Shown here: piece by piece, positions 39,386 to 52,020 of the stretch
Numbering within the stretch: position 1 is the first letter of the stretch
How the letters are laid out: each line of letters starts with the position of its first letter
NCBI GenBank assembly: GCA_002633005.1
Contig: NMRA01000199.1
Coordinates: 150,505 to 214,504 of the forward strand
Origin: Phoronis australis
Lineage: Eukaryota; Animalia; Phoronida
Length of the DNA: 64,000 bases
Direction of reading: 5' to 3'
Notes under the pieces: generated by a model
The model's database searches: none
Told to the model about the DNA's origin: nothing
The model's input: only the letters and a program-made list of their open reading frames with translations
Program-made: the position numbers and the translations under genes

Positions 39386-39416
<31 letters not shown>

Positions 39417-39440
39417 TCACGAAAACAACAACGGTTTTAA

Positions 39441-39488
39441 AACTTGACATGTTTCGGTGTCATTTATTAAACACCATCCTCAGAAGTC
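39441..39488 (-). ncRNA. Second hammerhead ribozyme copy in the inverted pseudo-LTR
   Basis: Exact reverse complement of 40297-40344. Confidence 0.85.
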
Positions 39489-39580
39489 ATAATAAAGTGG
39501 CCACCTAGCTAGGCCCAGCAACAAGTAATGAAGCACAGAAACAGTCAGTTACAGGGAGTGACAATGAACTAGACCAACCC

Positions 39581-40216
39581 TGTCTATATCGCATTAACAA
39601 CACTTGGGCTAGATTTGATTCTAATATCAAAGAACTTACAACGAATTTGCAAAAGAATGGCTATCCCCTAGAATTAGTCAATAGGGTACTGAAAGCAAGA
39701 CTCCAACGTAACCCTGATGATGTTCATCCTGTAGACAAAACTAACTACAAGTACTTTAAAATACCCTATGTTGGGTTTTACGCCAAAATTGCTCAACGAA
39801 AACTCAACAAATTGGTGAATGATTACTGTGTGAACTTAAGAGTTGTATTAACATTCAAGTCTCTAAAACTGTCGAGTTTATTTAACCCTAAGGACAAAAT
39901 TTCTATGGGTCTACGGTCCAAGGTTGTATACAAATTTATCTGTGCTGGATGTGGCTCCAGTTATATAGGCGAAACTGTTCGCCATTTGAAAACCAGGACC
40001 AAGGAACATCTAAATTCTGACAGTAATTCACATGTAAATATTCACCTGCAGAGCTCCAATCATTGTTATCAGCAGTGCTCTTTCAATGACTTTGCAATAA
40101 TAGACCAGGCAGTAACAACAAAGGAGCTTAAAATTCGTGAGGCTTTACATATCAGTTGGTGCAAGCCCAATCTCAATAGGCAACTGACACACCACAGGTT
40201 GTCATTGTTGGTCTAG
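39581..40216 (+). CDS. Penelope-like ORF fragment: end of RT thumb (LQKNGYP), linker (IPYVG) and GIY-YIG endonuclease (VVYKFICAGCGSSYIGETVRHLKTRTKEH...REALHI...PNLN)
   Basis: Open frame extends upstream of the listed ORF (CLYRINNTW...); all hallmark PLE endonuclease motifs are present. Confidence 0.92.
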   Translation, partial: CLYRINNTWARFDSNIKELTTNLQKNGYPLELVNRVLKARLQRNPDDVHPVDKTNYKYFKIPYVGFYAKIAQRKLNKLVNDYCVNLRVVLTFKSLKLSSLFNPKDKISMGLRSKVVYKFICAGCGSSYIGETVRHLKTRTKEHLNSDSNSHVNIHLQSSNHCYQQCSFNDFAIIDQAVTTKELKIREALHISWCKPNLNRQLTHHRLSLLV

Positions 40217-40296
40217 TTCATTGTCACTCCCTGTAACTGACTGTTTCTGTGCTTCATTACTTGTTGCTGGGCCTAGCTAGGTGGCCACTTTATTAT

Positions 40297-40344
40297 GACT
40301 TCTGAGGATGGTGTTTAATAAATGACACCGAAACATGTCAAGTT
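40297..40344 (+). ncRNA. Minimal type I hammerhead ribozyme in the PLE pseudo-LTR
   Basis: gactt-CTGAGGA-t-ggtgtt(loop)gacacc-GAAA-catGTC-aagtt: conserved core, stems I and II, and palindromic ACATGT stem III. Confidence 0.88.
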
Positions 40345-40396
40345 TTAAAGCCGTTGTTGTTTTCGTGAACATATGCTGTTACTTGCTATCATGGAG

Positions 40397-40862
40397 ATAT
40401 ATATATATATATATATATACACACGCACGCATGTATACACATGCACTGTTATATACACACATATATAAACACATATATACATAAACACATACATACATAA
40501 ATACATACATACATAAATATATACATACATAAATACATACATACATAAATATATACATACATAAATACATACATACATAAATACATGTACATACATAAAT
40601 ATATATATATATATATACATATATAAATACATTCATGCATAAATACATACACACATAAACACATACATACATAAACACATACATACATAAACACATACAT
40701 ACATAAACACATACATACATAAATACATACATAAATGCATACATACATAAATACATACATACATAAATACATACATAAATACATACATACATACATACAT
40801 AAATACATACATACATAAATACATACATACATACATACATACATACATACATACATACATAA
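40397..40862. repeat. (TA)n / (TACA)n / (TAAA) compound microsatellite
   Basis: Directly visible; explains the MYVC-repeat ORFs. Confidence 0.97.
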
Positions 40863-43300
40863 ACTAAGAATTAGTCCGTTCAGGATGAATTTGCGATAGT
40901 GTTTGCTCTATAACGACCACAACTGAAAGTTTTATTTATCCTGATTGTGTGAACGAGTTGTCATTCCTTGAAAAGTTACCAATGTTTGCATTCCACATTA
41001 GAAGTCTTTTGTAAATACTTGTGTGTTATGCTTGTAAAGTACTATGGGGACGTAGTCCGTATGTACATGTATGTATTATTACCAATGTTCACACTAAATG
41101 TATAAATTAGTAACTTTGTTGGAGATACTGATTATCCAGACATGTCGTATCAGTGTTAAATGTAAGAAAGTCACCATGTTTCCACACTTTTCACAAACTC
41201 TAGGATACGTAGATTGAGGTTAAATGAACCGGTTGTAGACACTGGAATTTTAAACCGCGGAAACCGTTTTAAGCCGTATCACCTCTGCCACACTACTGAC
41301 AATCTCGTTGGTTTTGCGGGGACTGCAAGCAATCTAAGTGGATCGGAAACCTTTTAAAGCGGCTATGAATCGACAATTTTTAATTTAGAACGCTTAGCGT
41401 TGTGAAATTGGAATCAAATTGTTTCTTATTCAAAATAGAAGGGGCTCTTGGGCTTGGATAGAACTAATGAATAACTGATTATTGCTTGAAACCGAGCTCT
41501 ACAAGTTTAGTTGAAACCACCATCATTTTATTCACCGAGCCTGGTCTCTAGCGTTAGTGAACTAGTATAGATCTTTGCAAGATGAAAATAACTTTTCATC
41601 CGAGCAAGGAACAAGTTGAGACCAATACTATAACGGTAAGTAATCCAAATCAAAAAATAATGCCTTCGACGGAACGCGTGTTTATAGCCGCTTTAAGTAG
41701 AATCAGTTATTACCACTCGAATTTAAACTACAGTTGCCTCAAAAATGCTGTATTCTTGAGGACTTTTGACCTCTGCGTGCGCACGCGCGCGTGGGTTCGT
41801 GTGGGTGTGATTTTCTGTGTTAAACTGCCAATTAGCAAGTAAATGACTGCCATGCCACGCTAAGGTTTTCGTGTTTGAGTTCGGACCAGCTATTTAGTAA
41901 GCGCTACAATACAGCATTACTACCGGATTCCTAGGTCACGGTATTTTTTTGTTTCGGCTAACAAAGGGTTGTTATCTCATAAGGTCAAGCTAGCGATTTT
42001 AAATACTTTTACGCAGTATCATACGAAAGATTGATTTAAAAATTAAGTGAACTAATCAGGTAAATACACGATGATCGTTTTATTTGCTTTCAATTGATAC
42101 AGATGAATTCGAATTGCCCTTGAACTACGCTCAGCAGCTGCGCGATAACGTTTATCATATTGTGCAAATAGTCACGAAATACAAGCACCATCCTCGGCAG
42201 TATATAAGTGTACAAACCACACGGAGTACCGCTCACACTTACTCGCAATTAGTATCTCTACGAGTGATAGGAAGTTAACGGTGGTCTACCTTGCGCAGTC
42301 ACCAAAATGGTCTTGGTCTTGAAAAATTAATATGTGAAATGCAATAATTATAATTGACTACTGCACCCAAAGAACATTCAGATGTTCATGTATATGGCGG
42401 GGTGTGATGTTACTCGCAGAACATGCATATCGAGATATGATGAAGTACAGCTGTTGGATACTGCTCAGATGTAGGAGAATGTAAATTGAACTGGAATTCT
42501 TCTCTTTGTTATCAGCTGGGTTACACAATGCTTGAGTGATAATGTAACATTCAGAATAAACACCTATTCAGCATTTCAGTACTGTCCTCCCATAGGTTCC
42601 TAGGCCTGTTATTCAATAAAATTTGGTATTGGACCTGAAATTATGGATAAAAAGTGTAAAACAATTCTACTTGGCTGGTATTGGAAATGCCTTGTACACG
42701 CACGTGTAGTTAAGCTTAAAATTTTATCGTTTTTATGTTTTCCGAAAGAAGGCGCTGGACATCTACATGATCAAGTCAAATTTCTTAATTTCATTTGCGG
42801 CGTAGAATAAACACTAATACAAAGAGCATAAAATCGTTATTGTGTGGGATTGGTTTGAACCCGTTCTTAAATTGTTAAATGGTTAGACAAATATTGTGTA
42901 TTGGTCTGAATAAAATGTATATCCGGCGGCTTGAATACGGTTGATCGATACAGCACTTAGTTGAGTAACCTTGTAAACAGTACTCTAATTATGCTGTTAA
43001 CAATGTTATTGAGACAATGATGTCTGAGTAAATGTCTAATAAACTCCCTCAACATGTCTTTGAGGAGGGTCTATTTCATGTCAAATTTAACTGAAGTTAA
43101 AAAGATAGTAAGTTATGTAAATAAATAAATAAATAAATTTTTGAAACTGATGTTTGTCAAACCAGCAATTCAAATACAGGCATAGCGTCTTAATGTTTTG
43201 GAATAAAAAAGAAAGGAGAAATCGCACAAATAGTCAAAATTGAAATGCAGCTGATTGTTTAAGGTTTTGTTACAGTTTCGTAAAATAAATGTTCGTTAAT

Positions 43301-43559
43301 CATGCGCCCACCCAGCCCAAAATATAAGGGGCTCGAATTTTTCAGCATGTGGACCTTTTATTGAAAAAAACGGGGACTAAAATAAAAAAACGGGGTACTG
43401 CGTTCAGACCTATGAATTATGCATTCGCGCCGAACTCCTGTGGAATTTTGTCTCGTTTTCTCGGTCTTTTTGTTTCTCTGAGGCGGACCTTTTTGCCCAC
43501 TTCACCAAATGGGGGGATCGTTCAAGTCTTCCGAGCCCCCCCCCCTGGGTGCGCGCATA
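43301..43559 (+). mobile_element. MITE, second copy of the 27421-27700 family
   Basis: Ends catgcgcccacccag ... ctgggtgcgcgcat; ttaat on both flanks; shared internal blocks such as ttttgtctcgttt and gcggacctttttgccca. Confidence 0.8.
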
Positions 43560-46500
43560 TTAATGCTCATGGAATTACAACTCTGATTTTTGCCCAAATC
43601 GATTGCGAAAAGCTCTTAAACATCTAAAATCTTTTCTTATGTATCCATACGGTAGAAAACCACACAAAACAGAGATAATGATGATCGCGCTATTATATCG
43701 TTCGTTTTTAAAGTAGAAAAAACCAAATTCACTTTACTTCACTTCCATCCCTGCCGACAGGTAACCTCAGCACTGTACCATGATCTGATTAAACCATTGT
43801 TCTCCGTGAAAACATCGTTTTAAATGCTTCCTGTAAACCTAGAATTATTTTCTCAATAAATATGAAACAGGCGCGTGCATCATTCCCCATCCGTTCGAGT
43901 CCTTTCCGATTTTTTTTCTTAGTTATTCTCTTTAAACGTGTGACTAGGTCTCATTTTGGTTTGCGGTTACATTCGATGCATGTACAAGGGTTCAGTTTCA
44001 GGAATTATGTCTTTGCAACACGAAGAATGACATTTCCTATTACTACGCTTCACGCCGACGTCCAGGCCATTTTTCGTCGCAGCGTGGAATATGTGCCCAC
44101 TAACAGCTTTGTATTGGTACGAAACTACCGACTTTTACACCAACATATTTCTTTTTACATGAAATTTTAGGAATAATTATATTTTTTCACACTCTTATTG
44201 ACACACATTATAAAAACAATTCAATTATTTTGTAATTTGAAGTTTCTTTACACATTGAAGTCTCGTAAGTAAAATGATACACAAATAAATTGTTTATAAG
44301 GTATCACGGTTTGCTGAATGCCGAATGTAAATGCAATCACGAGAGCATTTTTTGTTTTGAGCTCACGTCGAGTAAGGGGAGCCTTATGCGGCGTTTGTTT
44401 CGTTATGTTTTAAAGTTGCGGGCGAAATTAACTTGATTTCTATCGAACTAATCACAGGGTAGTTCGCTTTCGTTGTGGAATATTTTTTTCATAAAACACA
44501 CCAACATTTTTTTAGTTGCATGTTTAAAGTTTCACGCGAAATGATGTCAGCCTTGACCAGCCTAAGTAGGAACTGATTCGAATCAAGGTTGAATTTCCTA
44601 GTTAAATCAGACTATAAGTTTAGAGAAATTCTTGAAATTTCGCAGTTCCGCATGATAAAAAGATAATCTTAGCAGAAATGTTTGTATTTCAAAGGTAAGA
44701 TCTTAGAAAAATATAGTCGAATATGCGTACAGGAATTTTATGCAGAAAGGCCCATATTTAGATACGCTCAGTGGACGTATCAATACGCATATACTCATAG
44801 GGCATTTATGTTAGAAAATCCCCCTAAAACCTTCCTCAGTTTCATAGGAAATGGACACCAAAATCGTAACTAATGTAATTTTTCGACAATAAATTCCTAC
44901 TTGTGGAGACAATCGTAGATCGATGTGTTGCGTAATTACTTTTGGGGTTTAACTTTGAGCGCCCTCTACAGCCGAGCGTATATTCGTCACTTCCAAATAT
45001 ACGCAATGGTGTATATTTAGATTTGACATTTGGTCTCTATACTGATATTTCCAAGTAAGCGCCCTGGGCTTGTCTGCTATAAGGTGTTAGTGTTCATGTA
45101 ATATATTCTGACGAAACGTTTTGAAGTTAAACAACAAAGACAAATTCAATAACAAAATAAAATGTATCTGGAAAACACCAATGAGCTATACGAAAACACA
45201 AATTAACATCTTTCCCTGTAAAAGAAAATATTTTCTTACAGCTTTTCCCTTAATTCAGTCTCTGACGTGGCGTATTGATAAGCCGTAAATGAGTGATCAA
45301 AGAAAGTTAAAAAGATGTCTAGGAAGCTGTAATATGATTGTACAGATTCGCTCTATTAGATGCAGACAATCGCAGCGGTAAAGGTTCCGAAACGGATATC
45401 CCGAGACCATTTTAAATTCTAGTCAATGCAAGAGAAATAAAAGTGATGATCATTAGCCTTTATTGTTTTGGTGCGTGATGATTACAAGATTTCGTACATA
45501 TTTTCTGAAGTCACAGTTTGCCTCGTTTTCAGTATTTGTTGTAGTCATACGAAAATGACGTCATCAAGTAACATCCGGTTATGGTAGGGTCCCGTGTGGC
45601 CACATATGGTCACGCGGTTATCGTGTTCATTCTTTGGATAATGCAAACATTATTAGGCTGTAAAGCGTAAAGTTGTGACTGTTCACTGTCATTCAAGAAT
45701 GTAATTTTACGCAAAAATGTTCTTCATCGCACTTTTGATGTGGCCAAGGACAAGCACCACCAAATGCATTGTGTGAATTACAATCTTAACATTGTTTGGT
45801 CATTCTGCAGTGTTCACCTTTTAAGTGTGCAGTTTCCTCATTAATGATGATTTTATGTAAAAAACGAAATGTCTGGACTCTGGATAAAGTGTTGTAAATA
45901 TGACATCGTTCGCTAAAGCACTTGCTATTTGTCTTCTTGTAATCTTTACATCCTTCTAAACTTAGGTGCTTTAGCCATTTTGCGAAATTACATAGATGAC
46001 TTCCAATAATATACTCTTTTAAAAATATTGGGAATGTGTTCTATTTAAATTTCGTATATGTAGTAAAAATGCAACTATAATAAAAACAGAAAAGCAGTCA
46101 ATGTTTGAAGTTGTTTTAATGGATACGCATGCGTCTACTTCAAATGATCGAGAGAACGGAAATAACATGCGCCTAAAGAGCTTTTGCGGTCTAAAACTCA
46201 AAGTGCTCAGTACTGTGAAGCAAAGTCCTCGTTTTAGTTTGAAAGACTTCACCTAACGGGTTTTTGTTATTCTCGATATATCGGACTTCCAAATAGTCCT
46301 AGCAAAGCGTTAGAAACACAAGAAAACAGGATTTAAGCACTCAAACATAGGCACTTCAAATTGCACGGGAAGTAAGCGTTTCGCGCCATATTGTGTCACC
46401 ACGAGCAAACAGCCTGAAACAAAGATAGAAGTTTTGAACATTTGCCAGTACCCGAAATAGAAGTTTGTATCTGGTGATTGTACCAGAATACTGTATATTG

Positions 46501-49500
46501 AATAGAACACCAACGTCTGCGTGCGCACGTTGTTCGTAGCTAGCTGAGGAATCTTTAGTTGACGTAGACGAAATTCAAGCAATAGGCTTAACCGTTCATT
46601 ACATTTGGCAATTGATCACTTCTATCTGTTCAGAGTGATGCTTTTAATATATTGTATGAAGCAAAATTTACATTTGTCACGGTTCAAGGTATGCATAGAC
46701 AAACCGCGGTCTTAAAGTGTGATACACTGTCTTTAGAGTTCTTCAATCTCGAAAACAGTTCTTTATTAAAACTATGACACTTTTTATAAACTGCGTAAAA
46801 TATTTTTAAAGTCTGTTCAGGTCAAGTTATACACTGACTATTATCTTAGGATATGTCGCTTCACACAAGTGTCGAATGTTCCGATTAAATTTTGCTACGG
46901 TTACCAAACTATTGAGTCGTTAAACAAGACAAGATGCACTTCTTGTTTTCTATAATATACTGTGATAGGAATGGTGCTCAAAGGTGTTATTTTTGGCTTG
47001 ATAAACCACTTCAGTCGATCTTGTTTTGAAGTTGGCCATGTTAACCGAACCAGCGCTTAATATAACTAGAACCCACGCCCATTTTTTGGTTGATTGTTTG
47101 ATGTTTCTCAGTATACAGCTGAACGGAAAGACTTAAATGTATGTCGTTTATTTTCTTTTTATTAATTGAAAACTTATAATGGGCTTGAAAAACTCACACA
47201 TAGCACTACATACTTAAACATAAAAGAGAAAATTACTATCCTCTGCGTATACTACATGTACGTCTGTAACTACCAATTTATTATGAAATTTTTAACTAAT
47301 TACGACCGGTATAATATGTATATGTTTACAAGAAGTTAACTTCAACGTCGTTGTCTTTGCTTAACATGATCACTTGTGCAGTCCGTAATTCGTTGTTTTT
47401 TATTCACTCTCAGAAAATACAAGTGTATGTCACGTGACATATTTTCAAAGCTTTCAATAGACACTACGAGTAATTTATGAATATTTTTCGAATACAAGTG
47501 CAATAAAGTGTGATTTTTCAATATTGGTTCTTCTGCAAATATGCATGGAAATGGGAGCCACTCACGCACAAATAATTTTCACTTTATCCATTTGTTTAAG
47601 TGTTCTCCCTGCTATTACCTGTACTCGTGAAGTGGGCGCTATTAGCTCAACCCTACCGCGCCAAGTAACTTACAAAACCTCGCGGTCTGTCGTCAAAAGC
47701 AAGCCAATGGCAAGCCACTCCGCTTGTTTAGCAAGACGTTGGAACCAACGGGCTAACGGCATTGTTCCATTAACGTAAAGTGGTTGAGAACTTACTCTTA
47801 TCGAACCAGGGAGGCGTAAAGAAGTGGTGGAATGCATACGCAGCCGACCATCTCTGCTGTTTTGCGTCTGCAACAACACTCCCCGGGTGGCACGGCTGGC
47901 GCTGGCTCTAAACTGGCCGTGCAAGTCAGTAGCAAGTTAAGTGTGAATTAGGGCGGCCGAGGGGAGGAGCGGGGCGACTTGGATTTCCTATTTCGTTTGC
48001 ACGTCACCCAACTTGAAGGTTGCAGATTCAAACCGCAACCGGAACAAACAAAATTCCCAACTTGGGGCCGATTAAAACGGACTGTGTCTGACAGGTGACA
48101 AGATATTAGAGTTTTACCTACACCCATTGTCAAAGAAAGCCACGCCCCCGATGTGTAGTAGCACGAGAAAAACTTGTTCTCGCCTACGGTTGCGTTGACA
48201 TTATCCTCCATAGCGTTATTTTCACATAAAGCAAGGCGAGGGAAACGTTTTCTTTATTGAGGTGAAACAAAGAAGGAGATGTGAACGCACCTCCCCTTCC
48301 GTGAACAGCAATTTCTATTTCGCCTCCCCGAAACCAGTTTCTTTTTCAACAGATATTTCTTTTGAACGCTTTAGTGGGTGGCTATGCCCCACGATTTTAT
48401 GGTTGGCGCTTGCTCTTCTCCCCTTATTCCAACCCTCATGCCTTTCAAGCACCCTATTTCTGTTATAAAAGGCAAATTGCTTTGGCCGTAAACAGCAATT
48501 CTTTTCAATCTTTGACAACAGGAGGCACATGACGCTCAAATCTATCGGGACTTTGTTTTTATCATAGCCGTGCAATTGCGTTTGGTGAGAAAAAAGTTGG
48601 TTCATAGACACGGCATTGCGGCACTTGCAAAAGACAGTTACTTGAAACGCCTGTGTGGTCCTTGGACATTACCTATCTTGAATTATATATTTATCAAGGT
48701 ACGATACATGCATGTGGTTACAGCCTCCCGTGTCAAATTTTTTTATGTAATTCGTTGTGTCATGTGTGTTAGCGTTCACAAGAATTAATCGCAAATTTGT
48801 GGTTCACGTGATGCGTAGCAGGGTTTTACAGTTGTTAGCACTGGTGGGGAAAGTTTAGAGCAAGTGTTATAAATATAAAATTTATTTGAAACGAAATTTG
48901 GCAATGCAAAGTATGGCATTCACAGTCTTTCGCCGTAACTTTTGAAAAGCGATTCACGACTAACAAGTGACTCAAATACTCTTATCTGTATATCGTTCTC
49001 AATTCATCAAAGCCACAGCTTAAAAATCCATATTCATTTAGCTCGGATAAAATGCCAACAAAACAAATTGTGCGTTGGATTGCCGTTTCCGACTCACAGC
49101 CGAAGAAATATTACACGCTTTTTACTCTTGACGTCTTTTGATTAATTCGACCGTCTTCATAAAAAGAAACTTTTCAATTGGGTCTGATAATAGTATATTA
49201 CCATTTCAATCGAGTGTGTCACGACGCATTGTCTGTTTTACAACACTTTTGATGGGTGACACTCGGATAAGAAATGACAGCGCGGTAGCATTATTTGTCA
49301 CCGGTTACGAGAAACTAATAATAAATTACCTAAGTTTTTGTACACGCTGAAGTTGTGCGGTTACCGGAGTGACACTAATGTACCACTAAAATGAATTATC
49401 GCCCCGTGTTAACATATTCGATGTCCTAAAAGTGCCCCTTAAGTGTTATTGAGTTCGAATTAACTTTAAAAAGTTTCGAATACAACGAGGTTACAACTCT

Positions 49501-51149
49501 CTTCGGTTAATGGATGTTTCAGGTGGCCATCTTCATATGCAGATTGAAAAAAACGGAGCAATACGTGCTAACGGCAGCCGACGCTTGGGGTAACTTTTGA
49601 CGCACAGCTGTGTCTGACGTTACTAATATCTTGTATGCATAATATAATGGTAAGTATATAATAACAGAATTACTATAAATCAATTTCAACGCATTGGATG
49701 TACACTCTGTGTTTTGGAAAACATTTTTGGAGCGCCGTTTGGCTACTGTTTCGTGAAAAATTCGTCAACGAATTGTAATGCAAACTGCATGTACGCAGTT
49801 CAGTAGACATTTTGAAAATACGGCCTTCAAAACAAACCGATGTATCGGAAACATATTCCAGGCTGACTTCATGCGAAAATAATTAATTTCTAAAATTTCA
49901 AATAACTTGAGAGGTGGAATTAGCGAAATAATAATTGTATTGTGAGTACCTTTTAGGTGAGTATCATTGTTACAATTCAACGAAAATGTGTTAAAACAAC
50001 ACCTGTGTCAAGCCGACGATGTGTCTGGGTCTCAAACTGGATATATTCGGCTGGGTGCAAAAAGTTACCGTAATTGATAGCATTCCGTAAGAGACGTCAA
50101 AAACAGGAAGCATAGGAACTTGCAAATTAAGTGCCACATAACATTTAAAAAGCATTGCACCGGTGTGAACAAATGCTACACTTGCTGTGGTCATGAAATA
50201 TAAAGTTATGTCGTTAGATGAATATTATGCGTTTTAAATACAACTGCAGGTTGGCGTATACCTTAATTCCTGCATTCGTTCTTTGTATCTTTTATCGTTT
50301 TCAAGGCAGGGGTTTGTGAATGTTTCATTTCAGTCATTTTCCATTGTGATCTCCTTTTCTCTTAATTAACATTAATGTTTTGACGCTATTATTTCAAACA
50401 CAACAAATTTTGCCCAATACATTTATCTTGTCACAAGAGAGCGTGTGACGCTCTCTAGATAAATTAAGATAAAGTCGAAACATGTTTACCTTCCCTATCG
50501 TTTGCAACTCTCAGGCTTCAGATAACGAGGTGCGGAAGTGAACCCAATCAACGATACACAAGCGTATATCCTCCGTGTATTTACTCAACACAAACCGATG
50601 AACGGACGGAACCAGAAACGAGTACCCCATCTAGGGCGTAGTGAGTGAAAACGCTAACTAACAGTACAAACAATAGGTTGTCACGCTTTATTACAACAGT
50701 TAGTATCAATCAAGATATTAGTTTTCTTAAAAAAGACAATATGCGCCAACATATCAATTAAAGCAAACAGTCAAACTGTGGGAAAAGTTTATGTTTTATT
50801 GACTTTGTGAAACAGATAGAGATTGTGACTTCAGGTGGATCGATAGCACTCCGCAAGTGTTGGAGGCTGGATGAGCTTTTGCAGAACGGAACATGATCGC
50901 AGATTAGAACCTTTGCAAGGTAAATTTTTGTCCCACTTTTCATGACGACGCTTTGGCACTAGGCTGGGGCGTGTTCCGTGAAACACGGCACTTACGAGGC
51001 ACGTGCGGCAAGAAATCTTGACTTACCAAACGGAAAATATTGAAATTATTCACATTTCTTCCCATTAGCCTCGCTCAGTGTGATATCAACGGAAGAGAGA
51101 CAAAAAATCTGCTTCGCTACCCGATGACTAATAGTTTCATGAGTGTTGA

Positions 51150-52020
51150 TTTTGATGGCACAGGTTCAAACCTTGGCCACCAGAGGGATGGTGTTTCGTG
51201 ATGATTGGCATTTGGAGAAAGTCAAAGAAGGTGGACGGACTGCCGACCGAGTTGACCATGGTTGCCTCCTCAGTTTGGCGGTCAGTCGTAAGATAGATGG
51301 TAGGTGGTTCATTGTCTGAGCTCTCCTCCATTTAGAGAGACACAGCTTTAATCGCTGGGTCAGTATTAAAGACTACCAGCCAAATCGTGGCCAGACAATG
51401 TCCATATATAGACGCTGAGGTTGGTCAGTAGTGAAATATATCAAATATAAACACAGAAAAATCAGTTAAAGTTCCTGATTTTTCTGTGTTTATTTGACAA
51501 TATTCGTGTTAGACTACATGTAATATTCTCAGTCCAGGCTCAATGTAAATCGATGGTCACCCGGCATATTGCGAACCTATAGACTGTCTTAGTGTGCTGG
51601 GTTTCTGTTCCACAGCGACCGCAATAACTATAATCGTATAAGACAACATGACCAACTACAGAGGGTATTGTTGTCGACACAGATAACACATAAATTGAGA
51701 GATGCTACCAAGTCGGTGAGCAGCGATGGTTCTCCTTAGTGCACATTATTGTTAATACGATATGTGGTCCACTCAGTCACACAATTTCAACTACGAATGA
51801 CGCGATCACTCTGCCAGTACTGACGTACATCCACAGTGATTAGCCATTGAGATCCTCAATCCTGTGGCACAGATCTCACACCATCGCATCATGCCAGAAT
51901 TTGAACAACTGGTCCTACCAGTCCGAGTTTCATGGGTCCAAGTTCATGATCTACAGTTGATCGTCAGATAGACTGGTGGCCCACTATTGATATCCTGATC
52001 TCCAATAGTTGCGGGATGTC
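51150..52020 (-). mobile_element. Possible highly decayed RTE-type LINE 3' fragment
   Basis: Scattered minus-strand remnants in the expected order (EIRI..., TWT, LRIS, YGH...DPA...WRR) across frameshifts; weak. Confidence 0.3.
51447..51493. repeat. Inverted repeat: 19-bp perfect stem with 9-nt loop
   Basis: ataaacacagaaaaatcag-ttaaagttc-ctgatttttctgtgtttat. Confidence 0.9.

Larger units (their letters stand above)
39414..40371 (+). mobile_element. 5'-truncated Penelope-like retroelement with inverted pseudo-LTRs
   Basis: 165-bp inverted repeats 39414-39578 / 40207-40371 (1 mismatch seen) enclosing an RT-thumb plus GIY-YIG ORF; (TA)n on both sides. Confidence 0.93.

Noticed and set aside
40345-40860. 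MYVC-repeat ORFs
   Set aside because: Translation of the (TACA)n microsatellite
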